DNA of 64,000 nucleotides. It comes from an uncultured Pseudomonadota bacterium. GTDB lineage: Bacteria; Pseudomonadota; Alphaproteobacteria; Rs-D84; CACZYB01. Where the stretch lies: positions 329,879-393,878 of the forward strand of contig CAUTSC010000001.1 in assembly GCA_963541275.1 (NCBI GenBank). The letters run 5' to 3'. Shown piece after piece: positions 17,188 through 26,792 of this stretch. A model generated the notes under the pieces. The model saw nothing but the letters and a program-made list of their open reading frames with translations, had not been told where the DNA came from and ran no database searches. Position numbers and translations under genes: made by a program. The number at the start of each line of letters is the position of its first letter. The stretch's first letter is position 1.

Positions 17188-19839
17188 ATGCTTGGATTTT
17201 TAACAAAGTTGATTTTTGGAACAGAAAATAACAGACAACTTAAAAAATATAAAAAAATTGTACCTATAATAAATGATTTGGAACCGGAAATTGAAAAGTT
17301 ATCGGATGATGAATTAAAGGGAAAAACCGATTGGTTAAGGACGCGCATAAATAATGGTGAAACATTAAATGATATTTTACCTTATGCTTTTGCACTTGTT
17401 CGTGAGGCAGCAAAAAGAACCCTTGGGCAAAGACATTATGATGTTCAACTTATTGGTGGTATGATTTTACATGATGGAAAAATTACCGAAATGAAAACAG
17501 GCGAGGGTAAAACACTTGTTGCAACACTTCCTGTTTATTTAAATGCTATAATGGGAAAGGGTGTTCACGTTATAACAGTTAATGACTACCTTGCATCTCG
17601 TGATGCGGAAACTATGGGTAAAGTATATAAAAAATTGGGGCTTAGCGTTGGTTGTATTTTAAATGAATATGACGATGTTGAAAGACAGAAAGCATATAAT
17701 TGTGATATTACCTATGGAACCAACCACGAATTTGGATTTGATTATCTTCGCGATAACATGAAATTTAGAAAAGAGACCTTGGTACAAAGACCTTTTAATT
17801 ATTGTATAGTTGATGAAGTAGATTCTATTTTAATTGACGAGGCAAGAACACCTCTTATCATATCCGGTATTGCCGAAGGAACCGCCGATTCTTATAAAGC
17901 AATAAATGATATAATTCCACTTTTATTGCCACAACATTATAAAGTTGATGAAAAGGACAGAACCGCAACCCTAACCGAAGATGGAATGCAATACACAGAA
18001 GATATTTTATATCAAAAAGGTTATACAAAGGTAAAAAATTTATATGATATTGAAAATACAAAAATAGTTCACCATCTTGATAAATGTTTGACTGCACATA
18101 AATTATATAAAAGGGATGTTGATTACCTTGTTAAAAATGGTGAAGTTTATATCATTGACGAATTTACCGGTCGTATTATGGATGGACGTCGTTATTCGGA
18201 CGGCTTGCACCAGGCATTAGAGGCAAAAGAAAATGTTGCTGTGAAAGAGGAATCTCAAACCCTTGCAAGCATCACATATCAAAATTATTTTAGGTTATAT
18301 CCAAAAATCGCTGGGATGACAGGAACAGCCCTTACCGAAGCGCAAGAATTTGATGAAATTTATAAACTGGCTTGCATAGAGGTTCCAACCAATCTTCCAG
18401 TTATAAGAAAAGATTATAACGATGAAATCTATTTAACAGAAGAAGAAAAATTTAATGCAATAATCAAACTTGTTCGCGAATGTCATGACAGAAAACAACC
18501 TGTTTTAATTGGAACTATTTCAATTGAAAAATCCGAAAAATTAAATAAAGCATTAAAAGCCGCTGGTATCACAGCACAAGTTTTAAACGCAAAATATCAT
18601 GAAAAGGAAGCATACATTATTGCCGAAGCCGGTGTCCCAGGTACAATAACAATTGCAACAAATATGGCTGGACGTGGTACTGATATACAGCTGGGTGGAA
18701 ATTTTGATATGCGTTTTAAACAAGAAACGGAAAATATCACTGATGAAAATGAATTAAAGAAAAAAGCCGAAGAAATTAAAAAAGATATAGAAAAGAAAAA
18801 AGAAATTGCTCTTAAAGCTGGTGGTTTGTTTGTGATTGGAACTGAACGTCATGAATCTCGTCGTATTGATAACCAACTTCGTGGCAGAACCGGTCGTCAA
18901 GGAGATCCGGGTGCATCAAAATTCTATCTTTCAATGGAAGATGATTTAATGAGGATTTTTGGTGGCGATAGGATGAAAAATATGCTTGCTCGTTTGGGAC
19001 TTAAAAATGGTGAAGCAATAATTCATTCTTGGGTAACAAAAGCCCTTGAAAAAGCACAAATGAAAGTGGAAGCACAAAATTTTTCCATAAGAAAAAATTT
19101 ACTTAAATATGATGACATAATGAATGAACAAAGAAAGGTTGTATATTCTCAAAGAAAAGAAATAATGATAAGTGAAGATGTTTCAAATCACATAATTGAT
19201 ATGCGAGATGATGTGATAGAAGACATTGTTAATAAACGTATTCCGGAAAAATCATTCATTGATGAATGGCAAATTGATGAATTAGAACAAGATTGTATTG
19301 AATGGTTGAACCTTAAAATAGATATAAAAAAATATATTGCGGATAATAAAGATGTTTCTGCACAAGATATTTTCACGCTCATACAAAATGGCAGTCAAAT
19401 GGTGCTTTCACAAAAAGAAAAAGATTATGGTGCGGATTTTATGCGCTATGTTGAAAAATCAATTTTCTTGCAACATCTTGATATAGTGTGGAAAGATCAC
19501 TTACAAACACTTGATTTTTTAAGACAGGGAATAGGTCTTCGCGCGTACGGACAAAAAGATCCATTAAACGAATATAAAAGAGAGGCATTTTCCATATTTG
19601 AAGAAAATATGCTTAAAATAAAATACAAAACAACCGAAGGAATCCACAAAGTATATTTAAATGATGACAGCGAAAATTTAATAACAAAGATGGAAGAGGA
19701 TGCTGGTGTAGACGATTTTAATTATAATGATGGTAATTTAAATAATGCTGGTATTATTGATGATAAAATAGGTCGCAACACTCCATGCCCTTGCGGTTCC
19801 GGAAAAAAATATAAACATTGCTGTGGTAAAATTGTGTAA
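17188..19839 (+). CDS. secA: preprotein translocase ATPase SecA
   Basis: MLGFLTKLIFG... gives the SecA N-terminus. There are DEAD-like motifs, and the C-terminal zinc finger CPCGSGKKYKHCCG. The start is chosen at the internal Met 17188 (GAAGG RBS), not the track start 17149. Confidence 0.95.
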   Translation: MLGFLTKLIFGTENNRQLKKYKKIVPIINDLEPEIEKLSDDELKGKTDWLRTRINNGETLNDILPYAFALVREAAKRTLGQRHYDVQLIGGMILHDGKITEMKTGEGKTLVATLPVYLNAIMGKGVHVITVNDYLASRDAETMGKVYKKLGLSVGCILNEYDDVERQKAYNCDITYGTNHEFGFDYLRDNMKFRKETLVQRPFNYCIVDEVDSILIDEARTPLIISGIAEGTADSYKAINDIIPLLLPQHYKVDEKDRTATLTEDGMQYTEDILYQKGYTKVKNLYDIENTKIVHHLDKCLTAHKLYKRDVDYLVKNGEVYIIDEFTGRIMDGRRYSDGLHQALEAKENVAVKEESQTLASITYQNYFRLYPKIAGMTGTALTEAQEFDEIYKLACIEVPTNLPVIRKDYNDEIYLTEEEKFNAIIKLVRECHDRKQPVLIGTISIEKSEKLNKALKAAGITAQVLNAKYHEKEAYIIAEAGVPGTITIATNMAGRGTDIQLGGNFDMRFKQETENITDENELKKKAEEIKKDIEKKKEIALKAGGLFVIGTERHESRRIDNQLRGRTGRQGDPGASKFYLSMEDDLMRIFGGDRMKNMLARLGLKNGEAIIHSWVTKALEKAQMKVEAQNFSIRKNLLKYDDIMNEQRKVVYSQRKEIMISEDVSNHIIDMRDDVIEDIVNKRIPEKSFIDEWQIDELEQDCIEWLNLKIDIKKYIADNKDVSAQDIFTLIQNGSQMVLSQKEKDYGADFMRYVEKSIFLQHLDIVWKDHLQTLDFLRQGIGLRAYGQKDPLNEYKREAFSIFEENMLKIKYKTTEGIHKVYLNDDSENLITKMEEDAGVDDFNYNDGNLNNAGIIDDKIGRNTPCPCGSGKKYKHCCGKIV

Positions 19840-19877
19840 AAAAATGGATTTTAATAATTTTTGCAGCAGATTTTTAT

Positions 19878-19957
19878 TGTTTTTAAAATTTTTATAAAAA
19901 AATACAAAAAATTTTCATTTTGTTCTTGGTTTTTTTTTTAATAATGACTATGTTGGA
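19878..19957 (+). repeat. about 80-nt intergenic repeat element, copy 2 (degenerate promoter version)
   Basis: TTTAAAATTTTTATAAAAAAATACAAAAAATTTTCATTTTGTTCTTGGTTTTTTTTTTAATAATGACTATGTTGG. It lies in the convergent gap after secA. Confidence 0.5.
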
Positions 19958-20015
19958 ACTAATAAAGATAGGTTAAAAAGTGTAAGAAGCTTTTTTATAG
20001 TATGTAAATTTAATT

Positions 20016-21032
20016 TTATATCACAGATTTTATTTCTTTTTGATTTATGAAATCCAGGATATTTTTATATGCTCCGTCAAGGATACGGATATTTGCCTCT
20101 ATAGAATTAAATGCTATGTGTGGAGTTATAATGATATTATTTAATTGCAATAGTTTTTGATTTACAACCGAATAAGATAAGAATTTGTTATCTTTATTTT
20201 GTATTAAATTTATATCATTTTTTACAATTATGTCTTCATCTTCTAAAGCATCCAATGCTGCACCTTTTATTTTACCAGATAATAAATTGTTATATAATGA
20301 AAAAGCATCAATTAAATTGCCACGTGCTGTATTAATTATATAAACTCCATCTTTCATTTTTGCGATAGTTTTATCATTTATCATGTGATAATTTTCTTTT
20401 GTTGCCGGGCAATTAAGGCTTATGATATCAGCAGTTTTAAAAATATTATCAAGGGTTGTATATTTTAAAATATCCTTTTCTTCCAATTCTTTATTTTGAT
20501 ATATGTCATAGGCAATAACTTTACAACCAAATGCTTTTACCAGTTTTGCAAAATGTGCACCAATAGATCCAGTTCCAATAACCCCAATAGTTTTATCACA
20601 TAGATCTATACCCATATCTTCTGGTACATTTACTATACCTTTTTTTAACTTTTCAAATGAAAATCCAATTTTACGAGTCAGATTTAAAATAGTGCCAATT
20701 GCAAATTCAGCAACAGTTTTTTCACCATATCCAAAAACATTTGTGATTTTGATTTTATTTTTTTTACAATATTCTAGATCAATATTGTTATATCCTGTTG
20801 AACGACAAGCAATAAGTTTTAGTTTTGTAAATTTTTTAAGTAAATCACTTGATAATGTTGAATAAACAAAAGGTGATATGATAGCAGTATCTTTATAATG
20901 AGGTTTCAGTTCAGCATCACTTAAATCATTTAAACTTTTTGTAAAAATTACTGCTTCATAACCTTTGGCAAGTTTATGTTTTTTTATATAATTTTTTGTT
21001 AAATCATCAACATCACAAAATAAAATTTTCAT
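20016..21032 (-). CDS. D-isomer-specific 2-hydroxyacid dehydrogenase family protein
   Basis: The NAD-binding motif GVIGTGSIGAHFAKLVKAFGCKVIAYD and a catalytic His near the C-terminus (TPHIAF). Confidence 0.8.
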   Translation of the reverse strand: MKILFCDVDDLTKNYIKKHKLAKGYEAVIFTKSLNDLSDAELKPHYKDTAIISPFVYSTLSSDLLKKFTKLKLIACRSTGYNNIDLEYCKKNKIKITNVFGYGEKTVAEFAIGTILNLTRKIGFSFEKLKKGIVNVPEDMGIDLCDKTIGVIGTGSIGAHFAKLVKAFGCKVIAYDIYQNKELEEKDILKYTTLDNIFKTADIISLNCPATKENYHMINDKTIAKMKDGVYIINTARGNLIDAFSLYNNLLSGKIKGAALDALEDEDIIVKNDINLIQNKDNKFLSYSVVNQKLLQLNNIIITPHIAFNSIEANIRILDGAYKNILDFINQKEIKSVI

Positions 21033-21047
21033 CTTATACTATCCTTT

Positions 21048-21500
21048 TTATTTTGTTTTTATATTGCCACAAACAAATTTACCATTTGTTTCTTGTTGCA
21101 ACTTTTCAAGATCTTTACCTGTGATATTTATATCATATTTTTGGGGATCTGTATTTTTGCAGGCTATATTGCAAATTTTATTATCTTTGCTGCAATAAAC
21201 ATAAGTTGCATTTTGTGTTGATACAACAGAGCGAACATCACCAGTTGAAATATAGCTGTCGCTTGCAGTTAACATTCCTTGAGAATAAAAACTATAAACA
21301 ATTTCTGTATCTGTGATTTTGTTTGCCCAAATACCATTTGCAAGTGTTATGCCATCTTTTTCACACATAAAATTCATGTATTTTTGGTCGCTACAAGGAA
21401 CAAGGGCATCTTTTCCTTCGTAACGAAAATGATACTCAGTCTTGTTATTATTACATGCGCTTAGTCCAAGTAAAATTGTAAGTATAGTTAATTTTTTCAT
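21048..21500 (-). CDS. Cys-containing lipoprotein (hypothetical)
   Basis: A lipobox LLGLSAC after the signal peptide, and 8 Cys in 150 aa. Confidence 0.5.
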   Translation of the reverse strand: MKKLTILTILLGLSACNNNKTEYHFRYEGKDALVPCSDQKYMNFMCEKDGITLANGIWANKITDTEIVYSFYSQGMLTASDSYISTGDVRSVVSTQNATYVYCSKDNKICNIACKNTDPQKYDINITGKDLEKLQQETNGKFVCGNIKTK

Positions 21501-21508
21501 ATATCCTC

Positions 21509-22573
21509 CTATTGTTTATATTGTTTTATGAAATCTTGTCGCAAGTTATCTATTGTCATTTTTTTATCTGTATTTAAATGCCAATATTTCCATCCATTGC
21601 AAGTTGGTGTTTTTTGTAAATGTGCGCCAACTTTGTGTATTGAACCTTGAAAATTATTTGTTTTAAGACTGCCATCTGCAAGTATTATTGCGGTGTTGCC
21701 TTTATCATCTGTTAATGTTTCGCCAACCTTTAAAATACCGCATTCAATTAAATTTCCAAACGGAACACGAATTTGTTTTTGTTTTGTTGTGATTTCTGTT
21801 GTTGTTTGTTTTGTTATATTTTTAATTCGTTCAGTTGCATATTTTATATAAGTTTCATCTTGTTCTATGCCTATGAAATTTCTGTTTAATTTTTTTGCAA
21901 CTGCCCCTGTTGTTCCGGTTCCAAAAAATGGATCTAAAATTACATCATTTTCTTTTGTGGAAGATAAAATTACTCTGTAAAGTAAATGTTCTGGTTTTTG
22001 TGTTGAATGAACTTTTTCACCCAGATCATTTTTTAATCTTTCAGCTTTTGGACATATTGGCATATTCCAATCGGATCTCATTTGTAAGTCATCATTTAAT
22101 GCTTTCATTGCTTCATAATTAAAAAGATATTTTGAAGTTTGATTTTTTGATGCCCATATAAGAGTTTCGTGTGCATTAGTAAAACGTGTCCCCTTGAAAT
22201 TTGGCATGGGGTTATCTTTTATCCATATAATATCATTTAATATCCAAAAACCAAGATTTTGTAAAATTGAACCAACACGAAAAATATTATGATAAGAACC
22301 TATGATCCAGATTGTTGCGTTATCTTTCATTATGCGGTGAATTTCTTTTAGCCAGTTATAAGTAAAATCATCATAATCACTGAAAGATTTGAATTTATCC
22401 CAAGTGTCATTTACTCCATTTACAACAGAATCATCTGGTCTTGATAATCTGTTATTTAATTGTAGATTGTATGGAGGATCGGCAAATACCATGTCAACCG
22501 ATTTGTCTGGTATTGATTTTAGCTTTTCAATACAATCTCCTGCAATAATTGTGTTTAATTTTAATTTGTCCAT
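21509..22573 (-). CDS. ccrM: CcrM-type N6-adenine DNA methyltransferase (GANTC)
   Basis: The N-terminus ...IAGDCIEKLKSIPDKSVDMVFADPPYNLQL... carries the DPPY motif. A C-terminal non-catalytic extension is present as in CcrM. This is an alphaproteobacterial hallmark. Confidence 0.8.
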   Translation of the reverse strand: MDKLKLNTIIAGDCIEKLKSIPDKSVDMVFADPPYNLQLNNRLSRPDDSVVNGVNDTWDKFKSFSDYDDFTYNWLKEIHRIMKDNATIWIIGSYHNIFRVGSILQNLGFWILNDIIWIKDNPMPNFKGTRFTNAHETLIWASKNQTSKYLFNYEAMKALNDDLQMRSDWNMPICPKAERLKNDLGEKVHSTQKPEHLLYRVILSSTKENDVILDPFFGTGTTGAVAKKLNRNFIGIEQDETYIKYATERIKNITKQTTTEITTKQKQIRVPFGNLIECGILKVGETLTDDKGNTAIILADGSLKTNNFQGSIHKVGAHLQKTPTCNGWKYWHLNTDKKMTIDNLRQDFIKQYKQ

Positions 22574-22716
22574 TTCCTTATTCTCTATTTTTCTATGATA
22601 TCATAAAATTGAAGTTAAAAAAAGTGGAAAAAGAAAAAAATGTTAATATTTTTTTTAATGCTCTTGATTTTCTAGAAATAGTACATATATAATTAAGGTG
22701 TTATTTAGGAGGTTAT

Positions 22717-23439
22717 ATGAATTTAAATAAAATAAAAGAAGCAGAAGTTGTTGTTGGCAATGAAGGACTTAAAGCTTATATTTTAAAAGTTTATAATTAT
22801 ATGATGGTAAGTTTGGGTTTGACCGGAGTTGTATCATATCTTATGTTAAGGACGGGTTTATATAATAGTTTGATAACTGTATCAAAAGGGCGAGTAAGCT
22901 ATTCTGGTTTGGGATGGGTTGTTATTTTAGCCCCGCTTGTTGTTAATTTTTTTATGGCTTTTAAATTTGATTCTGTTTCGGCAAAACAACTTAAGGTTAG
23001 CGTTTTTACAATGGCTGCTTTATATGGTGCTTCTATATCACTTCTTATAAAGTTTGCTGGGGTTCATAATGCATTCCAGGCATTTTTCTTAACTGGTATT
23101 TTATTTGGAACTATGTCTCTTTATGGATACACAACAAAGAAAGATTTATTGGGTTGGGGCAATATTTTAAGAATGCTTTTGTGGGGTAGTTTGATAGTAT
23201 CGTTATTTAGTTTATTTTTTGGTGGTGTTGGGATTTGGTTTTCATATTTAATGGTTTTTGTATTTACTGGACTTGTTGCTTATGAAACACAAATGATAAA
23301 AAATATTTATTATGAAGTTGGTGATTATACAGAAGATTCAGATAAGATTGCTGTATGGTGTGCATATAGTCTTTATTTAGATTTCATAAATATATTTATT
23401 CATTTACTTAGAATTTTATCAAGCTCTCGTAATAGATAA
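22717..23439 (+). CDS. BAX inhibitor-1/YccA family membrane protein
   Basis: ...LKAYILKVYNYMMVSLGLTGVVSY... followed by 7 TM segments. Confidence 0.8.
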   Translation: MNLNKIKEAEVVVGNEGLKAYILKVYNYMMVSLGLTGVVSYLMLRTGLYNSLITVSKGRVSYSGLGWVVILAPLVVNFFMAFKFDSVSAKQLKVSVFTMAALYGASISLLIKFAGVHNAFQAFFLTGILFGTMSLYGYTTKKDLLGWGNILRMLLWGSLIVSLFSLFFGGVGIWFSYLMVFVFTGLVAYETQMIKNIYYEVGDYTEDSDKIAVWCAYSLYLDFINIFIHLLRILSSSRNR

Positions 23440-23491
23440 TAAATTTTTATATTTATATTGAGAATGATTTTGCGTGATATATAGTTTAATT

Positions 23492-24616
23492 ATGAAAAAT
23501 TATATATCACGTTTGATACTTACGAATTTTCGTTCTTATGAAAAGTCAGTTTTTGATACTGGCGGTTCAAAAATAGTTATAGTTAGTGGAAATAATGGGA
23601 TAGGTAAGACAAATTTACTTGAGGCTGTGTCTTTGTTGTCTCCTTATGGTCCGTTTAGAAAAGCAAAATTAAATCAATTATTAAATAATAATATTGATGC
23701 AGATAAATTTGTTCTGTTTTTTAATTTTGTGAGTGATGATAACGATATAAATATTGGAATTTCATATAATAATATAAATGATGCTGAAAAAGAAGTTGCT
23801 GAAAGTCGTAAAGTAGTTGTTAATAACAAGGATGTAAATATTTTTTCTTTACAAAATTATGTGAAAATTGTTTGGATTACTCCATTTATGGACAGATTAT
23901 TTTCCGAGAATGGAACAGAAAGACGGAAATTTTTTGATAATTTAATTATAAATTTTTATCCTGGTTATTCAAAAATTTTGTTAAATTATAATAATTTATT
24001 GAAACAAAGATCAAAAATTTTAAAAAATACAACTTATGATGAAAAATGGTTGTCTGTGATAGAAACGGAAATAGTAAAAAATGGTGTTGCAATTGCAGGT
24101 TATAGAATAGAGTTTGAAGAAAAATTGAATAATATCTTGGCAAAGCAAGATTGTGGAATATTTCCCAAAATACAAATTAAAATAATTGGAGATATAGAAG
24201 ATAGTTTGAAAATAAATAAATCAGTTGTTGTTGAAGATTATTATAAAAAATTATTATTTCAAAACAGGGAAATGTTTAAATATAACTTTGCTCCATCAGT
24301 AGAAGGTGTTCACAGAACAGATTTTTCAGCCTTTAATTTAACAAAAAATATAAGTGTGGATCAAACTTCGGCTGGGGAACAAAAATGTGCGGTGATTTCA
24401 ATTATACTTTCATATACTGAAATGTTGTTTTTATATTATAACACTTATCCTATTATTTTAATAGATGATGTTTTATCGCATCTTGATAATTTCAAGATAA
24501 ATGAATTGTTTAAATTTTTAGATAAAATACCAACACAAATATGGCTTAGTGGCGTTAATAGATCTGATTTTGCTTTTTTTGAAAAAGATTATGTAAAGTT
24601 TATAGAATTAAAATGA
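23492..24616 (+). CDS. recF: DNA replication and repair protein RecF
   Basis: The start is chosen at MKNYISRL. It has a Walker A (GNNGIGKTNLLEAV), an SMC-like signature and a Walker B (LIDDV). Confidence 0.85.
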   Translation: MKNYISRLILTNFRSYEKSVFDTGGSKIVIVSGNNGIGKTNLLEAVSLLSPYGPFRKAKLNQLLNNNIDADKFVLFFNFVSDDNDINIGISYNNINDAEKEVAESRKVVVNNKDVNIFSLQNYVKIVWITPFMDRLFSENGTERRKFFDNLIINFYPGYSKILLNYNNLLKQRSKILKNTTYDEKWLSVIETEIVKNGVAIAGYRIEFEEKLNNILAKQDCGIFPKIQIKIIGDIEDSLKINKSVVVEDYYKKLLFQNREMFKYNFAPSVEGVHRTDFSAFNLTKNISVDQTSAGEQKCAVISIILSYTEMLFLYYNTYPIILIDDVLSHLDNFKINELFKFLDKIPTQIWLSGVNRSDFAFFEKDYVKFIELK

Positions 24617-24652
24617 TACTTAAATAATCTTTCTTTTTTTATTTTTGTTTTT

Positions 24653-26788
24653 GTGTTATTATTTTATGGTAGAGAGAATAAAATGGCATTTTTTAAAAAT
24701 ATTTTTGAAGATAAGGAAATGGGGGAGTATAACAAGGCTGCCCGATGGCTTTTGTCTGCTTATATACTTCTTGGAATTTTTTATTGGTTTTGGCTTGTTT
24801 CTATTTTCCCTATCTCATATTGGATAAATCATAATTTTGATAATAGTGTTTTTTATTCTCATGCAATGAAAGTTTATTTTAGCAATATTTATAAAACTGC
24901 TGGATTTTATGTGTTGTATGAATATTGGTTGTGGGGTTTTTCCTTTCTACATGGTGAGACAACAACAATTATTCCAGTTATTCCAATTATGGCATATCCG
25001 TCGTTGCAACTTATGATAAAGAAAAAGAATCCTTATAAGATGATGGTTGTGCAGGATACTGCGAAAAAAGCTAATGAATCTATACTTAAAAAAATGAAAG
25101 TTTGGGATGGATTTATCATAGTTCTTGGTAAATTTAAAAAACGATTTTTAAAATTAAGTGAAACTTTATCTGTGCTTGCTTTTGCTCCACCTGGAACTGG
25201 TAAAACAGTTGGTATTGTTGTCCCTACAATTTTTGAATGTGATACGGTCAGCATGATTGTTAATGATCCAAAACCTGAACTTTGTTATATAACAAGTGGT
25301 TATAGAGCAAAAATCGGACCTGTGTTTATTATAAATTGGGGTGAAGAGGATGATCCAGAAAATAATATTTATTATCCATCCTGGAATCCTTTGTCCCCTG
25401 GAACTATTCCAAAACAAGGACCAGAAAGGGATATGTATGTTGATAGTATGGTTAATGTTTTTGTGCAAGATCCCGCTGGCTCATCTGCAGATCCGCATTG
25501 GACCAAAACTGGACGAAATGCTTTGTCTGGATTTATACATTTTATAGTTTCAAAGTGTGAAAGAGCAAAAATAAATGATTATTTTTATTCACGCCTTTTA
25601 AATGGGGAATTTAATTCAAACGATGCAATAAAACTTGAAACATATTATTCCAATATGAATACAACATATGCAAAGGCTGCTCTTTCTTTACTGAGAACTG
25701 GTGAGATGACAATAAATAATTACGTCCCGGTTGGAACATGGGATAATATTCCAGAGGAATGGGTTGGACGCGAAGCAAGTATACCACTTCTTTTAGATTG
25801 GTTAAATGAATCACAGGTTCAAATAAGTAAAAATATTACGAAAAGGAAAGAAGAGGGGGATCAAATGGCATCTCTTGCAGATCCTATGAAAGAGATGTTA
25901 GAAGATGCAGTAAGCGAATCTTTAAATTATGGTTATGCACACAGGGCTGTTTTAGAGTTGACACAGCTTGCAAATACTCCTGATAAAGAAAGGGGATCTA
26001 TTTTATCAACTGCACTTACAGGAATAGGAATTTTTAAAAACCAGGCGGTAAGGCAAAGAACGGATCACAGTGATTTTACATTTAAAGATTTACGTGGAAT
26101 GGTTGATCCAACTGATGGAAAAATTAAACCTATAACTGTTTATTTATCTGTTAATCAGGCTGATGCAAGGGCTCTTAATGTTATAACAGGTGTTTTTGTA
26201 GAGCTTATGTCAAATTTTTTAATTTCTAATCCTCCAAATAAAGTTGTAAATTTTAAAGGTGATAAGATAGGCCCTTATCCAGTTTTATTTGTGCTTGATG
26301 AATTTCCGCAAATGCCAAAATTAAATGCGGTAATAGATGGACCAGCAATAGGAAGAGGACAAAAAGTTTCATATTTATTGATAGCTCAGGATTTTGCTCA
26401 GGTAGAAGCTGGGTATGGTAAAGAAGCTGTTGAAACTTTGATGTCAACTACTGCTGCAAAAATACTTCTTACACAAAATAATGAAAATACTGCAAGGCGT
26501 TTTTCGGAAATTATGGGTAAAGAATCATTTAGTAAAGAAGTATATAAAAATGAAAGTCACAAAGATAAATTTAATTTAGATTCAGAGGAAAGTCTTGATT
26601 CAAAATCACTTTATTCAACATCAGATATAATGAAATTATCACCTGATAAGCAAATAGTTTTAATGCAAGGTTATCCAACAAATCCAATTGAGGCAGAAAG
26701 CCCAAGGTATTATAAGGATCCAGATCTTCTTGCAAAATCAAAGATTCCAGCTGCAACTCCTATTCCAAAATGGTTATTTAAAAAATAA
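24653..26788 (+). CDS. virD4: type IV secretion coupling protein (VirD4/TraG family)
   Basis: It has N-terminal TM helices, a Walker A (APPGTGKTVGIVVP), a Walker B (PVLFVLDEFPQMPKL) and an acidic C-terminal tail; 711 aa. Confidence 0.75.
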   Translation: MLLFYGRENKMAFFKNIFEDKEMGEYNKAARWLLSAYILLGIFYWFWLVSIFPISYWINHNFDNSVFYSHAMKVYFSNIYKTAGFYVLYEYWLWGFSFLHGETTTIIPVIPIMAYPSLQLMIKKKNPYKMMVVQDTAKKANESILKKMKVWDGFIIVLGKFKKRFLKLSETLSVLAFAPPGTGKTVGIVVPTIFECDTVSMIVNDPKPELCYITSGYRAKIGPVFIINWGEEDDPENNIYYPSWNPLSPGTIPKQGPERDMYVDSMVNVFVQDPAGSSADPHWTKTGRNALSGFIHFIVSKCERAKINDYFYSRLLNGEFNSNDAIKLETYYSNMNTTYAKAALSLLRTGEMTINNYVPVGTWDNIPEEWVGREASIPLLLDWLNESQVQISKNITKRKEEGDQMASLADPMKEMLEDAVSESLNYGYAHRAVLELTQLANTPDKERGSILSTALTGIGIFKNQAVRQRTDHSDFTFKDLRGMVDPTDGKIKPITVYLSVNQADARALNVITGVFVELMSNFLISNPPNKVVNFKGDKIGPYPVLFVLDEFPQMPKLNAVIDGPAIGRGQKVSYLLIAQDFAQVEAGYGKEAVETLMSTTAAKILLTQNNENTARRFSEIMGKESFSKEVYKNESHKDKFNLDSEESLDSKSLYSTSDIMKLSPDKQIVLMQGYPTNPIEAESPRYYKDPDLLAKSKIPAATPIPKWLFKK

Positions 26789-26792
26789 ACTA

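Noticed and set aside
24645-24827. 60-aa ORF overlapping the virD4 start
   Set aside because: It is out of frame with, and nested in, the T4CP N-terminal TM region. It is hydrophobic frame noise.
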